NCBI GenBank assembly: GCA_024275795.1
Contig: JAJRYJ010000049.1
Location: 1-57,335 of the forward strand
Direction of reading: 5' to 3'
Length of the DNA: 57,335 nt
From: Actinomycetes bacterium
GTDB taxonomy: Bacteria > Actinomycetota > Thermoleophilia > BMS3ABIN01
Shown here: positions 37,532 to 45,024 of the stretch, one piece after another
Position numbering within the stretch: position 1 is the stretch's first letter
Layout of the letters: each line of letters opens with the position of its first letter
Made by a program: the position numbers and the translations under genes
The notes under the pieces: model-generated
What the model was told of the DNA's origin: nothing
What the model saw: only the letters and a program-made list of their open reading frames with translations
The model's database searches: none

Positions 37532-37897
37532 TCACACACCTCCACGCTTTTCCAGCAGCGTGTTGATGGCTGCGGAAACGCCGCTCGTGAGGCCTGCAGC
37601 CTTCTTGATGGGCGCGGTCACCGCGTGCTGCACGGCGCGCGTCGTCGTCTCGACGCTGTCGGTGACGTCGACAAGCGTTCCCATCATCTCGTCCGTCTTC
37701 TCCAGGTTGCTGTTGACCTCGTCCAACGTAACCTGCAAACGGGTAAGCAGCGGGATAACCTCGTCGTCCAGCCGCCTGAGAAAATCGTTCAGCCGCCCGA
37801 AAGTCCCTCCCATCTTCAGAAGCATGTAGGCGAGTGCCAGCGCGGTGATAACCAGGAAAAAACTGAGAGCTGCCTCGAGAATGGCTGTCCAGTCCAT
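37532..37897 (-). CDS. DUF948-like membrane-anchored coiled-coil protein
   Basis: It has an N-terminal TM helix followed by repeated helical segments. It resembles the DUF948 proteins of Bacillota, from memory. Confidence 0.7.
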   Translation of the reverse strand: MDWTAILEAALSFFLVITALALAYMLLKMGGTFGRLNDFLRRLDDEVIPLLTRLQVTLDEVNSNLEKTDEMMGTLVDVTDSVETTTRAVQHAVTAPIKKAAGLTSGVSAAINTLLEKRGGV

Positions 37898-38228
37898 CAG
37901 GATGTTCCTCCTGTGTCTTTACGGCTTGATGGTCGTATCTTATCACAGACAAAACACCCGTTGTGACCATCTCGGTTGTGACCGTCCCAATCACAGTTTC
38001 TCTCCTCGTCTGCAGGATGGGAGATAACTATAATCCCGGGCGGAAAAAGAGGTAATAGGGGAATACCCCTTAAAAACAAAGGCAAAACCCCCATGTGATA
38101 CATCGGCGCCCTCAGCGTATATACGGGTGAGACCGAAGCAGGATAGAGGGTCTGCCGGCATGGAGAACAGGACAGGGACAACAGCGTTGGGAATGGCCCA
38201 GATGACCGGATCCGGACAGGAAAAGCCA

Positions 38229-38744
38229 ATGAGCGGCGGGAACATCGACTTCGAACAGGTCTACCGCCGCTACTTCCGCGATATCTACGCCTACGTCGCC
38301 TACCGTGTGAGCGGCAGGGCGGCCGCGGAGGATGTCACCTCCCAGGTGTTCGAGAAGGCGCTCGACGCCTGGGACGGCTACGACCCGGAGCGCGCGGCCG
38401 TCTCCACCTGGCTGTTCACCATCGCCCGCAACGCCGTCAGCGACCACTTCCGCCGCCTGGCTCGCCATGGAGATGCGGAACTGAATGAAAGCGCCGCCGA
38501 CCCCCAATCGACGGACCCGGAGGCGGAGCTGGTGAACGGCGAACGGCGGCGGGAGCTTTCCCTGGCCATGGCCGGCCTCGACGCCAGGGAACAGGAGTTG
38601 CTGGCCCTCAAGTTCGGCGCCGCGCTGACCAACCGCCATATCGCCGAGCTGATGGAGATAAGCGAGTCCAATGCAGGCACGATCCTCTACCGGTCTCTGA
38701 GGAAACTGAAAAGCAAGCTGGAAGGCGGGATCGACGATGACTGA
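38229..38744 (+). CDS. ECF-type RNA polymerase sigma factor
   Basis: It has region 2 (YRRYFRDIYAYVAYRV..AEDVTSQVF, WLFTIARNAVSDHFRR) and region 4 (ELLALKFGAALTNRHIAELMEISESNAGTILYRSLRKL). The start is placed at ATG 38229, but the ORF opens at 38127. Confidence 0.85.
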   Translation: MSGGNIDFEQVYRRYFRDIYAYVAYRVSGRAAAEDVTSQVFEKALDAWDGYDPERAAVSTWLFTIARNAVSDHFRRLARHGDAELNESAADPQSTDPEAELVNGERRRELSLAMAGLDAREQELLALKFGAALTNRHIAELMEISESNAGTILYRSLRKLKSKLEGGIDDD

Positions 38745-40026
38745 CAGCAACGGACAACAGCAGATGCTGGACGCCATAGAGCGGCTGCTGGCCGGCGAGA
38801 CGGTCGATTCCGAGGGCATGCCGGACGAAGAGCGGCGGCGGCTGCTCGACCTCGCCCGCGACCTGAGGGACGGACGTCCCCAGCCTTCAGCACAATTCGC
38901 AGAGAGACTGGAGATGAAGATCATGCAGGAAGCAGCAGCGACAGGCGCACACGGGCGGATGCCAGACAAAGTGAAGGCTGCCGGTGACAAGAGCAGTGAA
39001 GTGAAACACAGGGCCGCCGGACACAAGGACCGGCGCTGGCTGCCGCCCTGGTTCACGCTCAGGCGCATGGCCGCGGTCACCGCCGCCCTGGTCATCGGCC
39101 TGGGAATCGTCGGCATCACCAACGCTATCATCGGTGAAGGCGGAAACGGCGTCATCGACAACGGCCGCGTTGCCGGAGTATCCGGCGAGAAGGCCGCAAC
39201 CCCTGAAGGCGACGCCCTCGAGTCCATGCGCATCGACGGGGAAGCGGCCGATGCCGTCGGCAGCCCTGCCGGGAGCGGCGCCCAGGATGCCTCCGGCGCC
39301 GGCAGCGCCGGCACCACCGGCGAAATACCTTCCGTACGCAAGGTGATACGCACCGCTGACTACGAGATCGAGGTGCCTGCCGGCGAATTCCAGGAAAAGT
39401 ACGGCAAGGTCACCGACCTGGCCGCCAGGTACGGCGGTTACGTGGTCTCCGCCGACACCACCGCATCGGACGAGGAAGGGGCCATCGACAGCGGCACCAT
39501 TACCATCCGCATCGCCGATGTTGACGGGAATTTCGAGGCGGCCATGTCCGAGCTGGACGAGCTGGGGACTGTCGTCTCACGCGACGTCTCCGGCGAGGAT
39601 GTCACGGACCAGTACGTCGACCTGCAGAGCCGCCTGAGGAACGCCCAGGCCCACGAGGCTTCGCTGCTCGACCTGATGGCCAGGGCCGTCACTGTCGACG
39701 AGATGCTGATGGTGGAATCTGAGCTCAACGTGGTGCGTTCCGAGATCGAGCAGCTGCAGGGGCAGATCAACTACATCGAGCACCGCGCCGATTACGCCAC
39801 CATCTCCGTCAAGCTGCGCGAGGAGGATGCGGCCGCCGATGATGCTGACGGGGACGACGGCCTCATCTGGGGCTTCACCGACGCCCTGCGGTACTCGGGC
39901 TGGCTGGCGGTTCAGACCGTCAACTTCGTGATCATGGCCCTGGGTGTGGTCATCCCGGTGGCGCTGCTGCTGACGCTGTTCACCGTCGTTGTCTACCGGC
40001 TCATGCAGCGTCGAAAGCAACCATAA
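38737..40026 (+). CDS. Putative membrane anti-sigma factor with an extracytoplasmic DUF4349-like domain
   Basis: ATGACTGA overlap with the ECF sigma gene. It has a central TM helix, a coiled-coil-rich domain resembling DUF4349, and a C-terminal TM helix. No zinc (HxxxCxxC) motif is present. Confidence 0.7.
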   Translation: MTDSNGQQQMLDAIERLLAGETVDSEGMPDEERRRLLDLARDLRDGRPQPSAQFAERLEMKIMQEAAATGAHGRMPDKVKAAGDKSSEVKHRAAGHKDRRWLPPWFTLRRMAAVTAALVIGLGIVGITNAIIGEGGNGVIDNGRVAGVSGEKAATPEGDALESMRIDGEAADAVGSPAGSGAQDASGAGSAGTTGEIPSVRKVIRTADYEIEVPAGEFQEKYGKVTDLAARYGGYVVSADTTASDEEGAIDSGTITIRIADVDGNFEAAMSELDELGTVVSRDVSGEDVTDQYVDLQSRLRNAQAHEASLLDLMARAVTVDEMLMVESELNVVRSEIEQLQGQINYIEHRADYATISVKLREEDAAADDADGDDGLIWGFTDALRYSGWLAVQTVNFVIMALGVVIPVALLLTLFTVVVYRLMQRRKQP

Positions 40027-40213
40027 CCAGGATAACCCCTCACATCATCCACGGCAGGGGCGCTGAACCCGGCGACCCTGCCCTTTGCATCCTTGCCTCT
40101 TCACAGTTTCAAAACGCCGTTGTTGCGGTAAAACTCACCACTTGTCATGAGAGGCGGTCAGGCACCATGAGCCTGGATACCCGCATATCCTGTCACAATC
40201 GAGCCTTGGGAGT

Positions 40214-42070
40214 GTGCAAATGCCGGAAGGCCTGAAAAGAGAGGACCTGACCAGGCACCTCTTCGATATCGCCGGCGTCATCGAGATGGCCCTCGAACGT
40301 GACGGCCGCATCAACTTCATCAACAGTCACGGAGCCCGCCTGCTGGGATACGAGGCCGAAGAGATAATCGGCCGCAACTGGTTCGACAGCTTCCTCCCGG
40401 AAGGCATCAGAGGCGAATGCCGCGATGCCTTCGCCGGAATCATGGCGGCGGATACGGAACCCGGGAAGCCACACGAATGCCTGGTGCTGGCCGCCGACGG
40501 CAAGGAGCGCCTCATCCGCTGGCACAGCACGGTCATCCGCAACGATGAGGGGCGGATCACCGGCCTCCTGAATACAGGCGAAGATATCACCGGCCGCAGG
40601 CAGGCGGAGGAGTCGCTGCGCCGCATCTCCGAGCGCCAGGACGCCATCCTGCAGACGGTGCCCGATATCATCGCCGAGGTGGACGCCGATAAGGTCTACA
40701 CCTGGCTCAACGACGCCGGCATCCGCTTCTTCAGTGAGGATGCCATCGGCAGGGAGGCATCCCATTTCTTCGAGGGGGAACAGAACACCTACAACCAGGT
40801 CCGCCCCCTTTTCGAGGGACAGGATGATACCTTCTATGTGGAAAGCTGGCAGCGCCGCCGCGACGGCCGCAAGCGCCTGCTGGCCTGGTGGTGCCGGGCG
40901 ATCAAGGATGCCCGCGGCAACATCACCGGCGCCCTCTCAACCGCCCGCGACATCACCGATCTCAAACGGGCGGAGCGGCTGATCAGGGATTCGTTCGAGA
41001 TGACGAAGGCCATCCTCGACAACATGGATGCCATCGTCTATGTCGCCGATCTGGAGAACCATGAGATCCTCTATATCAACGAGTACACGCGCAACATCTT
41101 CGGCGACGTCATCGGCAAGATATGCTGGCAGGCGCTGCAGAGCGGCCAGTCCGGCCCCTGTGATTTCTGTACCAACGACAAGCTGCTGGGTCCCGACGGC
41201 GAACCCGCCGGGGTCTACAACTGGGAGTTTCGTAACACCATCTCGGGAAGCTGGTACGATATCCGTGACCAGGCTATCCGTTGGATTGACGGCAGGCTGG
41301 TGAGGCTCGAGATCGCCTCAGATGTAACCAGGCGCAAGCTCTACGAGCAGAAACTGGCCACAACCATGCGTAAGTTGGAGGATTCAAACAGGGAACTGGA
41401 ACAGTTCGCCTACGTCGCTTCCCACGACCTGCAGGAACCGCTGCGGATGATCAGCAGCTACCTGCAGTTGCTCAAGCAGCGATATGCCGACAAGCTTGGC
41501 GGCGACGCCGAGGAGTTCATCGAATACGCCGTCGACGGCGCCTCGCGGCTGCAACGGATGATCAACGACCTGCTCGAATTCTCCCGCATCGGCACCCGCG
41601 AAGAGAAGCGGAGGTCCGTAAGTTCGGAGGACTCTCTTGAAACCGCGCTAGCTAAACTTAAACTGGCAATCGCTGACAGCGACGCCCGGGTGACCCACGA
41701 TGACCTTCCCGAAGTGAAGGCGGACGCTATCCAGCTGACGCGGCTTTTCCAGAACCTGATCTCCAACTCGATTAAATTCAGGTCGGAGGAACCAATCCAA
41801 ATACATGTATCCGCTGTAAAAGAAAACAGCTATTGGCGTTTCTCCGTAAGAGACAACGGCATCGGCATCGATCCGGCTTTCAAGGAGCGCATCTTCATGA
41901 TCTTCCATCAACTTCATCCCCATCACCAGTACCCGGGGACAGGCATCGGCCTGGCCATCTGCAAACGTATCGTCGAGTGCCACGGAGGCCGCATCTGGGT
42001 GGAGTCAGAGCCTGGGGAGGGCTGCACCTTCCATTTCACACTTCCGGAGGCTTCAAATAATGAAGATTAA
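40214..42070 (+). CDS. Cytoplasmic multi-PAS sensor histidine kinase
   Basis: It has three PAS-like repeats, the H-box FAYVASHDLQEPLRMI, and HATPase N/G boxes (NLISNSIKF, DNGIGI, GTGIGLAICKRIVE). Confidence 0.9.
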   Translation: MQMPEGLKREDLTRHLFDIAGVIEMALERDGRINFINSHGARLLGYEAEEIIGRNWFDSFLPEGIRGECRDAFAGIMAADTEPGKPHECLVLAADGKERLIRWHSTVIRNDEGRITGLLNTGEDITGRRQAEESLRRISERQDAILQTVPDIIAEVDADKVYTWLNDAGIRFFSEDAIGREASHFFEGEQNTYNQVRPLFEGQDDTFYVESWQRRRDGRKRLLAWWCRAIKDARGNITGALSTARDITDLKRAERLIRDSFEMTKAILDNMDAIVYVADLENHEILYINEYTRNIFGDVIGKICWQALQSGQSGPCDFCTNDKLLGPDGEPAGVYNWEFRNTISGSWYDIRDQAIRWIDGRLVRLEIASDVTRRKLYEQKLATTMRKLEDSNRELEQFAYVASHDLQEPLRMISSYLQLLKQRYADKLGGDAEEFIEYAVDGASRLQRMINDLLEFSRIGTREEKRRSVSSEDSLETALAKLKLAIADSDARVTHDDLPEVKADAIQLTRLFQNLISNSIKFRSEEPIQIHVSAVKENSYWRFSVRDNGIGIDPAFKERIFMIFHQLHPHHQYPGTGIGLAICKRIVECHGGRIWVESEPGEGCTFHFTLPEASNNED

Positions 42071-42138
42071 TCGATGAATGAACCGATATTCTTTTTGATA
42101 ATCACTATTTCCCATTCGACCGAAGGGGGCGATGCCAC

Positions 42139-42594
42139 ATGATTCGCAGCGAATACGCCGACCCAATCGAGATACTTCTTGTTGAAGACAACCCTGGTGA
42201 CGTCCGGTTGACATTCGAGGTTCTCAAGGACGCCAAGGTTCACAATGTTCTCAACACTGTCGAGAACGGGCTTGACGCGCTGGCGTACCTGCGTAAACAG
42301 GGCAGATTCTCCAGGGCCTCACGCCCGGACCTGATCCTTCTGGACCTCAACCTGCCCGGAATGAACGGCCGCGAGGTTTTGGAAGAGATCAAGAAAGATG
42401 AAAAGCTCAGGCAGATACCCGTCGTCATACTGACCGCCTCCGAGGCGGAGACCGATATCCTGCAAAGCTACGACCTTCATGCAAACTGCTTTATCACAAA
42501 ACCCATAGATTTCAATCAGTTCGTACACGTTGTCAAAGTCATCGAGAATTTCTGGTTGCAAATCGTAAAACTGCCACCGCACCGCGAGCAATGA
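42139..42594 (+). CDS. Stand-alone receiver (REC) response regulator
   Basis: 151 aa. It has LLVEDNPGD, DLILLDLNLPGMNG and KPIDF, with no output domain. Confidence 0.9.
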   Translation: MIRSEYADPIEILLVEDNPGDVRLTFEVLKDAKVHNVLNTVENGLDALAYLRKQGRFSRASRPDLILLDLNLPGMNGREVLEEIKKDEKLRQIPVVILTASEAETDILQSYDLHANCFITKPIDFNQFVHVVKVIENFWLQIVKLPPHREQ

Positions 42595-44915
42595 ACGCCG
42601 ACGAAGCAATAAGAGTTCTGCTGATAGATGACAGCAAGACCGATGGACGCCTGATTGAGATTATGCTCTCAGAGAGCAACCACGACAGATTCGAACTGTC
42701 ACAGGTATATGACCTTGCCTCGGGGCTGTTGCAACTTGATACTCTCAACTATGACATCATTCTCCTGGACCTGGGATTACCTGACAGTCAGGGCCTGGAA
42801 ACTGTTCGCAGGACCACTGAGCACGTTGCCGGTATCCCAATAATCATCCTCACGGGCCTGGACGACGAAGAGCTGGCCATGAAAGCCGTCAAGGAGCATG
42901 TTCAGGACTACCTGGTCAAGGACAAGATCAACGGCAGCCTGCTGGAACATACTATTTATTACGCCATCGCACGCAAACGCACCGAAGAAGAATTGAGAGA
43001 GTCCCGCGAAGAGTGGAAAAGCATGTTTCTCGCCATTAGTGACTCGGCGCTGATCCTCAGTCCAGAACATGAGATACTCTACGCAAACCCTGCATCAGAG
43101 CGAACAAGTGGTCTAAACCTGGATGAGCTGAAAGGCCGCAAGTGCTACAAGATTTTCCACGATTCCTCCAGGCCGCCGGATGAATGTCCCCTGACAGCGC
43201 TCCTGAAATCGGAGCAGCCTCAGACCATGGAGATGGAGGTGGAGATGGAGGTGGCCTCGGGTTCGTTCCTTGTTACCGTCGCCCCCCTGTTCGATCAGCA
43301 AGGGCGGCTTTCCAGGGTCATTCACATCGGAAAAGACATCACCAAGAACAAACGGGCTGAGCTTGAGCTCAGGATGAGTGAGAACAAGTACCGCTCCCTG
43401 TTTGAAGAGTCGAAGGACGTCCTTTTCATCAGCAACCCCGGCGGCAGTTTCACGGATATTAACGCCGCCGGCGTGGAGCTTTTCGGTTTCCGTTCCAGGG
43501 AGGAGTTGCTGCAAGCGGTTACTGCAAAAGATCTTTTTGAGGATCCACAGGAGTGGGAGAATCTCAGTCTGGACCTTAAAGACCGGGGATTCGTCAAAGA
43601 CCATGAGATTTACATGATCAGCCAGGATGGCAAGAAGCTGACCGTACTGGCCACTGCTACAGTCGAAAGCGATGATTCCGGGAATATCACTGCTTTTAGA
43701 GGTATCCTGCATGACATGACCGAACACCGCATCCTCGAACAGCAGTTGCTGAGGGCCCAGCGCATGGAGAGTATCGGCAGACTTGCAGGCGGCGTTGCCC
43801 ATGATTTCAACAATTTCCTCACTGCAGTCGAGGGTTATATCGACATGGCGATGATGGAGCTCGACGAGAATGATTCCGCATACAGCGATCTCGTGGAAGC
43901 GCAGCGCTCCGCCGAGCGCGCCGCCAACCTCACACGCCAGCTGCTGCTCTTCAGCCGCCGCGAGACCATGGACTTCAAGCCCGTAGACCTCAACAGGGTA
44001 GTGTCGGACCTTTTGAAGATGCTCAGCCAGCTGCTGGGCGAGAAATACGAGCTGCTGGTCAACACGGAACGCGACCTCTGGCAGGTGCGAGCCGATGTTG
44101 GGCACATCGAGCAGGTACTGATGAACCTCTGCGTCAACGCCAGGGACGCCATGCCCGACGGCGGCACAATCACCATCAGTACCGGCAACGCCCATATCAG
44201 TGAGAAGTACGCGGAGATGCACACTGGAGCCGGCGCCGGCGACTTCGTGCGCCTCTCCGTTACAGATACAGGCATAGGAATGGACATGGAGACCATTTCC
44301 CACATCTTTGAGCCTTTCTTCAGCACCAAACAGGCCGGTGAGGGTACCGGCCTCGGCCTTTCCGTGGTCTACGGCATCGTCAACCAGCATGGTGGCTGGA
44401 TTGAGGCCAACAGCACACCGGGCGCGGGCTCTACATTCGACATATACCTTCCTGTCATCTCCAGCGATGCAGAAGACGTGAGCGTCGACGCTTCGGCTCC
44501 TGAAAAACTAGATGCCGCCGGTGAAAAGGTACTGCTGGTCGAAGACGACGAGGCCATCCGCAGACTCACTCTTAAAATACTCGAGAAAGCCGGTTACCGG
44601 GTTTCGTGCGCCGGCAACTCCCACGAGGCGCTGGCGCTCTGTCAGAAGGAGGGCGATGGTTTCCAGCTTGTCTTCAGCGACGTGGTTCTTCCGGGGGGCG
44701 ACGGTATCAGTCTCGTGGAAAAGATACTCGTGGATAACCCCGACACCGGAGTACTACTCACAAGCGGTTATAATGAGGAGGCGAACTGGCAGAAGATCAA
44801 CGCCAGGGGTTACAGATTCCTGCAGAAACCCTATTCCTCTTATGACCTGCTCAAGTCCCTGAGGCAGCTGCTCGACGAAGATTCATCACGTCGGGAGGAC
44901 ACCACAAGAGAATAA
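42591..44915 (+). CDS. Hybrid histidine kinase (REC, PAS x2, HisKA, HATPase, REC)
   Basis: ATGA overlap with the upstream REC gene. It has the H-box VAHDFNNFL, NLCVNARDA, DTGIGM and GTGLGLS, plus N- and C-terminal receiver domains. Confidence 0.9.
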   Translation: MNADEAIRVLLIDDSKTDGRLIEIMLSESNHDRFELSQVYDLASGLLQLDTLNYDIILLDLGLPDSQGLETVRRTTEHVAGIPIIILTGLDDEELAMKAVKEHVQDYLVKDKINGSLLEHTIYYAIARKRTEEELRESREEWKSMFLAISDSALILSPEHEILYANPASERTSGLNLDELKGRKCYKIFHDSSRPPDECPLTALLKSEQPQTMEMEVEMEVASGSFLVTVAPLFDQQGRLSRVIHIGKDITKNKRAELELRMSENKYRSLFEESKDVLFISNPGGSFTDINAAGVELFGFRSREELLQAVTAKDLFEDPQEWENLSLDLKDRGFVKDHEIYMISQDGKKLTVLATATVESDDSGNITAFRGILHDMTEHRILEQQLLRAQRMESIGRLAGGVAHDFNNFLTAVEGYIDMAMMELDENDSAYSDLVEAQRSAERAANLTRQLLLFSRRETMDFKPVDLNRVVSDLLKMLSQLLGEKYELLVNTERDLWQVRADVGHIEQVLMNLCVNARDAMPDGGTITISTGNAHISEKYAEMHTGAGAGDFVRLSVTDTGIGMDMETISHIFEPFFSTKQAGEGTGLGLSVVYGIVNQHGGWIEANSTPGAGSTFDIYLPVISSDAEDVSVDASAPEKLDAAGEKVLLVEDDEAIRRLTLKILEKAGYRVSCAGNSHEALALCQKEGDGFQLVFSDVVLPGGDGISLVEKILVDNPDTGVLLTSGYNEEANWQKINARGYRFLQKPYSSYDLLKSLRQLLDEDSSRREDTTRE

Positions 44916-45024
44916 ATCTCCATGCGGCCGCCGCCAACTGTTTCATTACTTTACCGATAAACCGCAATAACTGAGCCGTGATATTACAGCATGCAATCGA
45001 CTGCCGGCTGGTGAAACAGCAACC

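Noticed and set aside
38094-38121. SigW/ECF-type autoregulatory promoter TGATAC-N14-CGTATA upstream of the ECF sigma gene
   Set aside because: The spacer is 2-3 nt shorter than the 16-17 nt expected for AAC ... CGT ECF promoters. It is mentioned only as a weak possibility.
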